DNA from: Planctomycetota bacterium
GTDB lineage: Bacteria > Planctomycetota > B15-G4 > JADJEK01
DNA length: 64,000 bases
Direction: 5' to 3'
NCBI GenBank assembly: GCA_044225365.1
Contig: JBGAIQ010000023.1
Coordinates: forward strand, 26,362-90,361
Both the position numbers and the translations under genes were made by a program. Numbering within the stretch: the stretch's first letter is position 1; every line of letters begins with the position of its first letter. Positions 19,383 through 28,316 of the stretch are shown piece after piece. The notes beneath the pieces are model-generated. The model had not been told where the DNA came from. It saw only the letters and a list, made by a program, of their open reading frames with translations, and ran no database searches.

Positions 19383-20069
19383 TCAGCGCTCGGGCGGCCG
19401 TTCCATCTCCGCGAGGCGCGCGCGAAGGAAGTCCGCGAGGCGAAGGATCGAGCCGTCCTCGAGGCGGATCTTATAGTCCTCGCCGCTCGTCGACGATTTC
19501 GTCGCGAGGTGATCGATGAAGCCCATCGCATCTTCGATGTCGTCGCCGGCGGCCTTGCGCTTCGTGCGCAAATGGCTCGCGGCGTCGGCCGCCGAATACT
19601 CACTCCCGTTGCGCAGGAACGTCGCGCCGCGCAGCGCTCCGACGAGATCGATCAGGCGATCGATCTTCTCGTCCTCGGACATGCCGGCCGACAGGAGATC
19701 GATCTCGAAGCTGGCATAGTCCTGACCGATCAGAGCATTGTCGAGCTTGGCGAGCGTCAATCGATATTGATCGGAGCCGAGCGCGAAGCTCGTACTCTGC
19801 CCCGCCTTCATCGAAGTCGCGCCGAGGAGCGGAGCCCCATCCTCCTTCGCGAGCGACGTCATCACCTGACCGCGCGTGATGTCGTCAATCGTGAGCACGA
19901 GAGCGCCCTTCGAACCCGGGATCGGCGTCGTCGTTCGCTGCGCGACCCTGATCGCGATCGGCAGGACGTCGAGCTTCGGGGAGGACCGCCGCTCGGATAC
20001 CGTTCGATCCCGCGAGCAGCTGGCGAGAAGGATCGCGCACGAGAGGATGAGGCTTGTCCGCGGTTTCAT
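19383..20069 (-). CDS. Lipoprotein with C-terminal DUF5329-like domain
   Basis: LLASC lipobox; EDEKIDRLI...ATFLRNGSEYSAADAASHLRTK...FIDHLATKSSTSGEDYKI. Confidence 0.75.
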   Translation of the reverse strand: MKPRTSLILSCAILLASCSRDRTVSERRSSPKLDVLPIAIRVAQRTTTPIPGSKGALVLTIDDITRGQVMTSLAKEDGAPLLGATSMKAGQSTSFALGSDQYRLTLAKLDNALIGQDYASFEIDLLSAGMSEDEKIDRLIDLVGALRGATFLRNGSEYSAADAASHLRTKRKAAGDDIEDAMGFIDHLATKSSTSGEDYKIRLEDGSILRLADFLRARLAEMERPPER

Positions 20070-20077
20070 GATCACTC

Positions 20078-21001
20078 TCATTTCGCTCGAGGAAGGGCGC
20101 GCGTGAGGCGTTCCCGAGTCTCCGTCAATCGATTCTCGCACTCCTCGCGGCCAATCGAACAGGGAAACATCGTATGGCGCTTCGACTCGACTGCGCGGTC
20201 GAGCCAGATGAGTGCCTCCCGCGGATCTCCAAGGTCCTCGAAATGATCCGCGAGCGCCGTCTCGATCGCGATCCTGTCGCTCGGCCAATCGAAAAAGCCG
20301 CGCATCCCATCGACGCGCACGGACTCGATGCCAGAGTGTGCGGCGCGCAGGATGTCGATCGCACGCGTTCTATGGTTCGCGCTCCATTCGTACTCCGCGA
20401 GCCGTATCGCGGAATAGAACGAGTCGCGTTCGAGCGCTCCACCGTCGATGCGGGGTTCGAGGGGCCCGAGCCGAAACGCTCGATCGCGCAAGGCAGCCGC
20501 GACCCGATCGTCGCGATGCGCCACGGAGTATTGGAACTCGAGCGCGATCCCTTGGAGCAATCGTCGCAGGAGTTCGCAATCCGCAGCGGGATCGAGGAGC
20601 GGAATCGTCGCCGCACGCAATGCGTTCTTCGTCGAGTGACGCGGGTCGTCGTCATCGCTCTTCGGAAGTTGCTCGGCGAACGCGATCGCCGCCAGCGCGC
20701 GCTCCCGATCGCTCGTCGCGCGATCGAACTCTCCTCCGAATTCCTTACTCGCGGCGTTGAGTCGGAGCTGGGAGCGGATCGACGCGATCTCCGTGAGGGC
20801 GTCCTGACGCCCATTCGGACGGATCGCGAAGAGGCTTTCGACATATCGCTCGCCGGGTCCGGGATCCTCGGGTTGAACGATCTCGGGTGCGTAGCGGTCC
20901 TTTCCGCCGCAGCCGAGGAAAGTCAGCGCCAGTAGAAAACCGACGGCCGTGCCCGTTCGACGGACGGTCACGTAGGCAAGCGTGAAGAAGCTTCTCCTCA
21001 T
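20078..21001 (-). CDS. Lipoprotein, TPR-like paralog P2
   Basis: LTFLGC lipobox; PGPGERYVES; motifs shared with P1. Confidence 0.7.
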   Translation of the reverse strand: MRRSFFTLAYVTVRRTGTAVGFLLALTFLGCGGKDRYAPEIVQPEDPGPGERYVESLFAIRPNGRQDALTEIASIRSQLRLNAASKEFGGEFDRATSDRERALAAIAFAEQLPKSDDDDPRHSTKNALRAATIPLLDPAADCELLRRLLQGIALEFQYSVAHRDDRVAAALRDRAFRLGPLEPRIDGGALERDSFYSAIRLAEYEWSANHRTRAIDILRAAHSGIESVRVDGMRGFFDWPSDRIAIETALADHFEDLGDPREALIWLDRAVESKRHTMFPCSIGREECENRLTETRERLTRALPRAK

Positions 21002-22404
21002 CGTTCCGACTTCCGCTGATCTCGTAGTCTCTCGATGTCCCGCCGGAGCGAGTCTTCGAACGCTTGAACGGAGTTGCCGTAGACCGCCGATGGATAATCA
21101 CGGAGCGCCTTCGAGTACCAGTCGATCGCCTTCTCCGACTCCCCGATTCGTTCGTAGGAGCGGCCCAGGAGCGCCGCGGCCCCGCGCCGACCATCTGATA
21201 ATCGACTCATCGCTATTTGCGCATCCTCACCGAGAACGCCACGATCGAAATCGAGCGCGAAGACCTGCTCGAGGAGCGCGATGACGGCTCGATGGTCGCC
21301 GAATTTCGATTCGAGCTCCGCCCATTCGATCAGTGCGTTTCCGTAATCCATGGTCCACGGATGGACCTCGAGGATGACGCGGAAGAGATCCGCCGCGATC
21401 CGATCATCGTGCTTTGCATTGAAGTCGGATTCGAAGACTCGCGCGAGGCAAAACAGCGCGTGAGAGCGAGACGCGGGACTCGCCACGCTCGAACGCGCCA
21501 CGGCCTCGCAAGCCTCGATCGAGAACGACTTCGACGTCCCCGGCTCGAAGCTCCTGATTCGACTGATCTCGAGGCCAACGGCGAGTCGAGTCGGATCGTC
21601 GGTCGCAGCGGCGAATTGCCGCCAGAGCAGCTCCAAGATCGCGAGGTCGTACTTCGCCGCCGAACTCGCATGGAAGTCCAGCCCGAAGCGGTAGTCCATG
21701 AGAGCGCGTACGTTCGCCACGATCTGGCGAGGGCTCGTCGACTCGGCCGCCGCGCGATCGCCGCTCGACTCCTCGTCCAGAAGGCCCGGGTACTCCCGTC
21801 GATTCGTCTCCTGAATGAACCGCGGAACATCGCCATCGAACTCGCCGTTCAAGAGTTGATCCAGCATTCGCACGCACCAGACTCCCGACATGAGGTCCTC
21901 GCGCGTCTCCTCCGTCTTCCTTCTCAATTCCTCCCGATCCTCGGCCGTTGCGCACACCAAGAGCGATCGTCGAATCGCATCCTCCGCCCCATTTGCGAGG
22001 ATCGCGTCGAGCGAGCGAGAGTAGGATTCGGGCCACTTCGCACTGCTCTCGCGCAGGCGGGAGAGCACATCGGCTCGAACCGAACCCGAAGCGCGACCGA
22101 GATCCGCGGAGCGGATTCGTTCACGGATGGCGTCATGCTTCGCCTTGCGTTCGATGAACAGATCGAGCGCAGCTTTGCTCCCCGCCGCGGTGGGCGTCGA
22201 AACCCACTCGACATACCTACGACCCGGTTCGGGGTCGGGGGCGCAGACGGGCTTGGGATCCGCCCGTTCGCCGGTTGCGCCGTAGCAAACGGGATCGCCG
22301 AATGGACTCTCCTGTCGCCTCGCGAGTCCATCTGGAACGAGGACGCACGCGATGAGACCCGCGACGAGAATGGGCGAGGACTCCCGGAACCCGTTGAAGC
22401 GCAT
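20998..22404 (-). CDS. Exported TPR-like protein, paralog P3
   Basis: Signal peptide; PVCAPDPEPGRRYVE, ELLWRQF, HDDRIAA and LGRSYERIGESEKAIDWY. Confidence 0.7.
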   Translation of the reverse strand: MRFNGFRESSPILVAGLIACVLVPDGLARRQESPFGDPVCYGATGERADPKPVCAPDPEPGRRYVEWVSTPTAAGSKAALDLFIERKAKHDAIRERIRSADLGRASGSVRADVLSRLRESSAKWPESYSRSLDAILANGAEDAIRRSLLVCATAEDREELRRKTEETREDLMSGVWCVRMLDQLLNGEFDGDVPRFIQETNRREYPGLLDEESSGDRAAAESTSPRQIVANVRALMDYRFGLDFHASSAAKYDLAILELLWRQFAAATDDPTRLAVGLEISRIRSFEPGTSKSFSIEACEAVARSSVASPASRSHALFCLARVFESDFNAKHDDRIAADLFRVILEVHPWTMDYGNALIEWAELESKFGDHRAVIALLEQVFALDFDRGVLGEDAQIAMSRLSDGRRGAAALLGRSYERIGESEKAIDWYSKALRDYPSAVYGNSVQAFEDSLRRDIERLRDQRKSER

Positions 22405-22461
22405 GGAACCGTCCGCCTGATCATGTCCCGCGACGGGGTGAATCCTACTCTCGGAAGCCTC

Positions 22462-23841
22462 TCATTTCGTGGATCCGGTGCGTAGAGACCGCAGCCTCCG
22501 ATCGATCGCGCGCGCCTCGTACCCCGCGCACGTGCCGCACCCACTCTTCATTCGATACTCGTCGCGCGCTCGAAGTAACCACTCGATGGCGCCCTTCCCG
22601 TCGCCGATCGCTTCGTAGCATCGCGAGAGGCGCATGGCGGATTCGTGGCGATAATTCGCGTACCCCTGCATCAGGCCGGCGGGGTCGCAATCGTCGAGGG
22701 ACGTGTCGAAGATCCGGGGCAGATCCGCGATCACGCGGCTCGGCTCCGCGAGGCGCTCGTCGAGGATCGACGCGTCGAAGAGCGCGTAGGGAAACTGCGG
22801 CGACCCGGTTCCGTGACTCACGACCGCGTGGAAGAACGCCGCGGCGATTCGGTCGTCCCGATTCGAGTTCACCTCGCTCGCGAAGACGCAGCCCAGTTCG
22901 AAGATCGCACGGATCCGGCGCTCGGTCGTCGTCTGCGAGTCGTCGTTTCCCAGCATCAGGTAGGGAACGTAGAGCTTCACGGCGAAGGGCAGGGTGCCGC
23001 GACGGATGGGTGGCGCGAGGGCGTCGACGATCTCGCCCGCGACGGCGGACAGCGCGGGATACTCCGCGCAGCCATCGAACTCCCTCCACAACAACTCGAG
23101 GTAGAGCAGATCGAACGCACGAAGCGGATCGGCGCGACGCAGGAGGCCGATGGCCTTCGCACGATGCGCCCGCCCCGCCGACGAGTCCGCTGCGGCGATG
23201 AATTCGTTTCGAAGGACCTCTGCACCCGCGATGTCCCCGAACGCTCCCTGATCGATGAGTGGAATCGCTCGTTTCCAATCGCCCCTACGCACGTGATGAA
23301 GAAGGCTCGCGCGGATCAGCGACGAAGAAGATTGGGGATCCCCTCCCGTCGCGGCCAGGTCGAGCGCGGCTCGATCGTCCGGTGTTTCCAGTAGAAGTCC
23401 GATCCGCTGGAGTCGGGCGTCGCCCGTGGGCGCGAAGAGTCGATCTGCACTTCGTGCACAGTCGACGTAGAAATCCGGCCACCCGTCGGACCTCATCCGC
23501 GACTCGGACAAGGGTTCGAAGTGAATTTCCTCGCGTTCACCGAGTTCGGCGTTCGAGCCCCATTCCTGGATCGCGCCGACGATCGAACGGTGCTGTTCGC
23601 GAAGGAACGCGAACTGGGTCCGCGCGGCGGCGCGTTGCTCGTTCGTCGGCGCCAGCACCGACTTCACGAACCGTTCACCCGGCTTCGGATCGGCCGCACA
23701 AACGGGAGGCGGGACGACCTCGGCCGGATCTTGATCCATCGGTTCGAAGAGGGGCTCGCGCCGGAACGACTCGTCCTCGGCCGCGGAGAACTCGGTCGAT
23801 GCAAGGATCGCTGCGAGCATCAAGAGGGCGCGTAGTCGCAT
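22462..23841 (-). CDS. Exported TPR-like protein, paralog P4
   Basis: Signal peptide; PVCAADPKPGERFVKS, ELLWREF, RDDRIAA and C-terminal GCGTC. Confidence 0.7.
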   Translation of the reverse strand: MRLRALLMLAAILASTEFSAAEDESFRREPLFEPMDQDPAEVVPPPVCAADPKPGERFVKSVLAPTNEQRAAARTQFAFLREQHRSIVGAIQEWGSNAELGEREEIHFEPLSESRMRSDGWPDFYVDCARSADRLFAPTGDARLQRIGLLLETPDDRAALDLAATGGDPQSSSSLIRASLLHHVRRGDWKRAIPLIDQGAFGDIAGAEVLRNEFIAAADSSAGRAHRAKAIGLLRRADPLRAFDLLYLELLWREFDGCAEYPALSAVAGEIVDALAPPIRRGTLPFAVKLYVPYLMLGNDDSQTTTERRIRAIFELGCVFASEVNSNRDDRIAAAFFHAVVSHGTGSPQFPYALFDASILDERLAEPSRVIADLPRIFDTSLDDCDPAGLMQGYANYRHESAMRLSRCYEAIGDGKGAIEWLLRARDEYRMKSGCGTCAGYEARAIDRRLRSLRTGSTK

Positions 23842-23925
23842 GATTCGCGACGAGAACGGGCCGCGCGGACGGGAGTTCGTGCGTTTTCGTCGATCTCTAC
23901 GGTGAGCGAGGGAATCGACCGCTCG

Positions 23926-25275
23926 TCAGAGCGCGCCGCCGCGCAAGGCCGTCACCGGATCGCGGCTCACCGCGCGCCACGCAGGCCACAGCGCCGCGCA
24001 GAGCGTGACGACGAGCAGGATGATCCCGGGGATCGTCGCGGCGTCGAGGTCGGCGATCGGGCGCGCGAATCCCTTCGGCAGCTCGATCATGTTGAGGCCC
24101 GCGACCGACGACAGGCCGAGCAGGAAGCCGACGATGCCGGACGTCACGCAGACGACGAACGCTTCGAGGAAGACCTGCACGAAGATCCAGCCGCGATGAC
24201 AACCAAGGGCGCGCTTGAGGCCGAACTCGAACGTGCGCGCCGTGACCGACATCAAGACCACGTTCGCGACGCCGACCGCGCCGAGCAGGAGGATGAGGAT
24301 TCCGACCGCGCCGAGGAAGAGCTTCACGCCGCCGAACACCGCATCGATCTTGCGGCCGCGCTCGAGCGCGTCGAAGTAGGGCAGGACCGTATTCTTGTCG
24401 TCGGGATCGAAATGATAACGATCGGCGAGCGCGCCGCGGATCTCGGCGAGTGCTTGCGGTTGGGATTCATAAGATCGCGGCTTCATCACCATGAAACCGG
24501 CGCCGCGCGTCTCGAGGCGTTCGAAGACCGTGTAGGGAATGAACCCGACGCGCTTGTTCGACACGTAGAACTCGTCGGTGAGTTCGACGTCCTTCATGAC
24601 GCCGATCACCGTGAACTCGCGCAAGTCCGGCTTGCGTTCCTCGACGTCGTCGCCGGTGAACGTCGCGCCCTTGTTCTGGCCCTTGATGCGCTTCTGATCG
24701 GCCTTCGAAGCGATGCGATCCCAGGACTCCTGGACCGAGAGGCGGATCTTCTCGCCGACCGCGGGTGCATCGCCGAACAGGTCCTTCTTCGCCTGCGGTC
24801 CCATGACCACGACCTGCAGCGCCTGATCGATGTCGGACTGCGCGAGCCAGCGGCCGTCGGCGAGCGGGACGTTGCAGATCTTGATGTACTCGGGATCGAC
24901 GCCGACCGGCGTCATCCACGTCTGCTCGTCGCCGCGGAACGTCCGTGTGTTCCAGATGTATCCCTTCGGCGAGATCCACTCGATCGCGGTCGCGTTCGAT
25001 CGGATGCGCGTCATGTCGTCGCGATCGATCAGGATCTGCTTCTGCGCGCGCGGGTCGCCCTTGGTGTAGGCGGGTTTGTTGAGTCGCAGCAGGGTGAACG
25101 AGTCGCCGAAGGCTTCGATCGTCTGGCGCTGCGAGCGTTCGAATCCGTTCGCGATCGCCGCGAGGATGAAGACCGACGCGACACCCCAAATGATGCCCGC
25201 CGCCATCGGGGCGACGCGACGCGCTTCGCGCACGAGAGACTCGAGCGTCTCGCGGATGACGAACAACAGGATCAT
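23926..25275 (-). CDS. MacB/FtsX-type ABC transporter permease
   Basis: GIIWGVAS; GVANVVLMSVTARTFEFGLKRALG; PAWRAVSRDPVTALR. Confidence 0.9.
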   Translation of the reverse strand: MILLFVIRETLESLVREARRVAPMAAGIIWGVASVFILAAIANGFERSQRQTIEAFGDSFTLLRLNKPAYTKGDPRAQKQILIDRDDMTRIRSNATAIEWISPKGYIWNTRTFRGDEQTWMTPVGVDPEYIKICNVPLADGRWLAQSDIDQALQVVVMGPQAKKDLFGDAPAVGEKIRLSVQESWDRIASKADQKRIKGQNKGATFTGDDVEERKPDLREFTVIGVMKDVELTDEFYVSNKRVGFIPYTVFERLETRGAGFMVMKPRSYESQPQALAEIRGALADRYHFDPDDKNTVLPYFDALERGRKIDAVFGGVKLFLGAVGILILLLGAVGVANVVLMSVTARTFEFGLKRALGCHRGWIFVQVFLEAFVVCVTSGIVGFLLGLSSVAGLNMIELPKGFARPIADLDAATIPGIILLVVTLCAALWPAWRAVSRDPVTALRGGAL

Positions 25276-25297
25276 CGCGAGGGTTCTCGCATCGGCA

Positions 25298-26614
25298 TCA
25301 GCCCATCTGCATCGGACGGTCCATCGGGAGCAGGATCCGATCGCCTTCGGCGACGCCGGAGACGACCTCGGTGTACACACCGTCGCTCACACCGATCTGG
25401 ACATCGATCGATTCGGTGACCGGCGGACTCGTGCTCTTCACACGGGTGACGCGCCATTTGCCGTCGGGAGTGCGCTGCAGGGCTTTCTGGACGAGCGACA
25501 ACGCGTGATCGCGCTCGTCGACGACGATGACGACGTTCGCCGTCATGTCGACGCGAAGTTGCTGCTTGTCGGGATCGTCGTTCCCGACCTTGATCAGGAT
25601 CTTCACCTGGAACGAGGAGATGCCGTTGTTGTCGACCGTGCCCGCGGGCGCGATCCGCACGACCTCACCCTCGAACTTCTTCTCCTTGAACGCGTCGCTC
25701 GTGATGAGGGCGCGCGTCTTGCCAGCGATCCGGCCGAGATCGGCTTCATCGACCTTTGCCTGGACGTAGAGCTTCGAGAGATCGCCGAGCGTCAGGATCT
25801 TCGTGGCGTTACCGCCGGCCGTGAGGATCGAGGAGACACCGTCGCCGACTTCCTTCTCGCGGAGCAGCACGACGCCGTCGATCGGCGAGCGAATCGTCGC
25901 TTCCTTGAGCGCGGTCTGCGTGCGATCGTAGGCCGCCTTCGCCGAGGCGAGATCGGCGTCGGACTGCAGGATTCCAGCCTCGAGCACAGGGAGGTTCGCC
26001 TTCACCTGTTGGATGCGGTATTCGACGTTCCTGAGCTTCAGCTTGGCGTCGTCGAGGATCGCTTCGGATTCGTCGCCGCCGTCGTAGAGCTTTTGGATGC
26101 GATCGACTTCGCGCTTCGCGAATTCCATCTCGGGGTCGACGAGGCGGACCTTCGCCTCCTCCACGCGCGCCTTGGCCGCCGCGAGGCGGGCCTGCGCCGC
26201 CTTCATGTTGGCTTCGTTCTCGTCGTCCTGGGCCTTCAACTGCTCGCGATCGAGTTCAGCGAGGACCTGGTTCTTCGTGACGGTATCGCCTTCCTCGACG
26301 AATCGCTCCTTGAGGATGCCGCTCGCGCGACTCATCACTTCGACGCGGGCCTCGGGCTCGATGCGACCGGTCGCCTTGACGCCGTCGATCACGTCCCGGA
26401 TCTCGACCTTGACGATGCGAGCCTCGTCGAGGGCGGGGGCTTCCTTGTTCTGCCCGTAGTACCAGTAGGCCGCGCCGCCCGCGCCGAGCACGAGCACGAA
26501 GAACAGGGACTGGATGGCGCCGCCGCGTTCGCGGTGAGCGGATCCACGAGACGCGTGCGCGGACATCGGCGAAGGAGTGGCGTCGATCATCATTTCGTTT
26601 GCGTGCAGGATCAC
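25298..26614 (-). CDS. MacA/HlyD-type periplasmic adaptor
   Basis: ATGRIEP..RVEVMSRASG, IRSPIDGVV and VDEADLGRI; the start may instead be ATG at 26566. Confidence 0.9.
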   Translation of the reverse strand: MILHANEMMIDATPSPMSAHASRGSAHRERGGAIQSLFFVLVLGAGGAAYWYYGQNKEAPALDEARIVKVEIRDVIDGVKATGRIEPEARVEVMSRASGILKERFVEEGDTVTKNQVLAELDREQLKAQDDENEANMKAAQARLAAAKARVEEAKVRLVDPEMEFAKREVDRIQKLYDGGDESEAILDDAKLKLRNVEYRIQQVKANLPVLEAGILQSDADLASAKAAYDRTQTALKEATIRSPIDGVVLLREKEVGDGVSSILTAGGNATKILTLGDLSKLYVQAKVDEADLGRIAGKTRALITSDAFKEKKFEGEVVRIAPAGTVDNNGISSFQVKILIKVGNDDPDKQQLRVDMTANVVIVVDERDHALSLVQKALQRTPDGKWRVTRVKSTSPPVTESIDVQIGVSDGVYTEVVSGVAEGDRILLPMDRPMQMG

Positions 26615-27345
26615 GCGTGAAGCAGGGTTTCCGGCATGTTCGCCGGGGGTCCGTCGTAGGCGATCTTGCCATCGCGCACGGCGACCACGCGCAGGGCGCG
26701 GCGCGCGAGGGCGGAGTCGTGGGTCACCATGATCAGCGCGCGCTCGTTGCTGCGCAACTGTTCGAAGAGGTCCATGATCTCGCGGCCGGTCTTGGTATCC
26801 AAGTTACCGGTCGGTTCGTCGGCGAGAAGGATCGTAGGGTCGGACGCGAGCGCGCGCGCGATCGCCACGCGCTGGCGCTGGCCGCCCGAGAGTTGGTCGG
26901 GGCGATGCTTCATGCGGGCTTCGAGGCCCACCGCCGCGAGCGCCCGCTCGGCGCGCTCGCGCCGCTGCCGCGGGCCGACGCCGGCATAGACGAGCGGCAA
27001 CTCGACGTTGCGCAGGCAGGTCGCGCGGGGAAGCAGATGGAACGATTGGAAGATGAAGCCGATCTTGCGGTTGCGGACCGACGCGAGCTCGCCCTCGGAC
27101 ATCCGCGCGACGTCGACGTCATCGAGGTAGTAACTGCCGCCCGAGGGGCTGTCGAGGCAACCCAGGATGTTGAGGACGGTGGACTTACCGGAGCCCGAGG
27201 GGCCGACGATCGCGACGTGCTCGCCGTACTCGATCGTGAGGTCGATGCCATCGACGGCACGCACTTCCCCCGCGCCGGTGCCGTAGATCTTGGCGACCTT
27301 CTCGAGGCGTACACAGGTCTTGGTGGCGGTGGGTGCGGCGTTCAC
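26611..27345 (-). CDS. ABC transporter ATP-binding protein (LolD/MacB type)
   Basis: GPSGSGKST, LSGGQRQRVAIARAL, ADEPTGNLD and VTHD. Confidence 0.95.
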   Translation of the reverse strand: MNAAPTATKTCVRLEKVAKIYGTGAGEVRAVDGIDLTIEYGEHVAIVGPSGSGKSTVLNILGCLDSPSGGSYYLDDVDVARMSEGELASVRNRKIGFIFQSFHLLPRATCLRNVELPLVYAGVGPRQRRERAERALAAVGLEARMKHRPDQLSGGQRQRVAIARALASDPTILLADEPTGNLDTKTGREIMDLFEQLRSNERALIMVTHDSALARRALRVVAVRDGKIAYDGPPANMPETLLHA

Positions 27346-27405
27346 GCAAGGTCAATGTACGGCAAGCGGTGGCAAAGCGTGGGCAGCAATTCGGAGATGC
27401 GCAAC

Positions 27406-27545
27406 GGAGCGCCGGGCGGAGCGCCGGGCTCTAGCCCGGCATTGACGACGCCAGGCGGAGCCTGGCGGTCCGGTCTGAACGGACCGCCGGGCTCCAGCCC
27501 GGCATCCCTTCAACAAAATAAGAGCCAGGCAGAGCCTGGCGGTCC
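27406..27545. repeat. REP cluster: two inverted REP doublets (family GGASCGCCRGGCT...)
   Basis: ggagcgccgggctctagcccggc 27418-27440 and ggaccgccgggctccagcccggc 27481-27503, each followed by an inverted gccaggc.gagcctggcggtcc (27450-27471, 27524-27545). Confidence 0.85.
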
Positions 27546-27693
27546 AACTCGATCGCGCGCGCTCCCGCGCCACTTCCACCACCACGCCGGGCTTGACGGC
27601 GCGCGCGGCGTCCCATAGCATGCCCGGTTCGCGTCGCAGAACGGGTTTCACCGTGCCGGAGACGCCAAGACACGAAGGTTACGGAGTCTCGCC

Positions 27694-27882
27694 ATGGCCA
27701 AGAGCAAGGGCAAGCGCGAATACGTCTGGTTGCAGTGCACCGAGACGGGCGACCTCAACTATCGCACCGAGATGAGCGTGCAGGGCGGCCTGCCCGAGAA
27801 GTTCAAGGGCGCCAACACGGGCCTCAAGAAGTACTCGCCGCGGCTGCGCAAGGTCACGCTGCACAAGATCAAGCGCGGCTGA
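27694..27882 (+). CDS. rpmG: 50S ribosomal protein L33
   Basis: REYVWLQCTETGDLNYRT...LKKYSPRLRKVTLH. Confidence 0.9.
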   Translation: MAKSKGKREYVWLQCTETGDLNYRTEMSVQGGLPEKFKGANTGLKKYSPRLRKVTLHKIKRG

Positions 27883-27889
27883 TCCACCC

Positions 27890-28300
27890 ATGGTGCGGAT
27901 CGACGTTGCCTACCGCGGCGAACTGCGCTGCGAGGCGAAGCACGCGCCCTCCGGGGCCACGCTGCTCACGGACGCACCCGTCGACAATCACGGCAAGGGG
28001 CAATCGTTCTCGCCGACGGATCTCGTCGCGACCGCTCTCGGCGCGTGCATGATGACGGTGATGGGGATCGTGGCGCAGCGGCACGGGATCGACCTCAACG
28101 GGTCCACCGTCGTCGTCGAGAAGCATATGGTCGCCGACCCGATCCGGCGCATCGGCAAGCTGCCCTGCGTCATCACGATCAAGACGGCGCTGACTCCCGA
28201 GCAGAAGAAGCTCCTCGAGACGGCGGCGCACACCTGCCCCGTCCACAAGAGCCTGCACCCGGACGTCGAGAAGCCCGTTCAGTTCGTCTACGAGGCCTGA
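27890..28300 (+). CDS. OsmC family protein
   Basis: TDAPVDNHGKGQSFSPTDLVATALGAC and CPVHKSL. Confidence 0.92.
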   Translation: MVRIDVAYRGELRCEAKHAPSGATLLTDAPVDNHGKGQSFSPTDLVATALGACMMTVMGIVAQRHGIDLNGSTVVVEKHMVADPIRRIGKLPCVITIKTALTPEQKKLLETAAHTCPVHKSLHPDVEKPVQFVYEA

Positions 28301-28316
28301 TCGACCCCGCGATCCG

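Noticed and set aside
14219-23925. att sites, direct repeats or attC sites bounding or inside the accessory block
   Set aside because: Only a weak ggt(a)gagcgag similarity at the two ends; no convincing repeat, tRNA or recombinase
27406-27545. Possible mini-CRISPR (also 41216-41300)
   Set aside because: Alternating orientation or only two units, REP-like hairpins, dispersed copies and no cas genes
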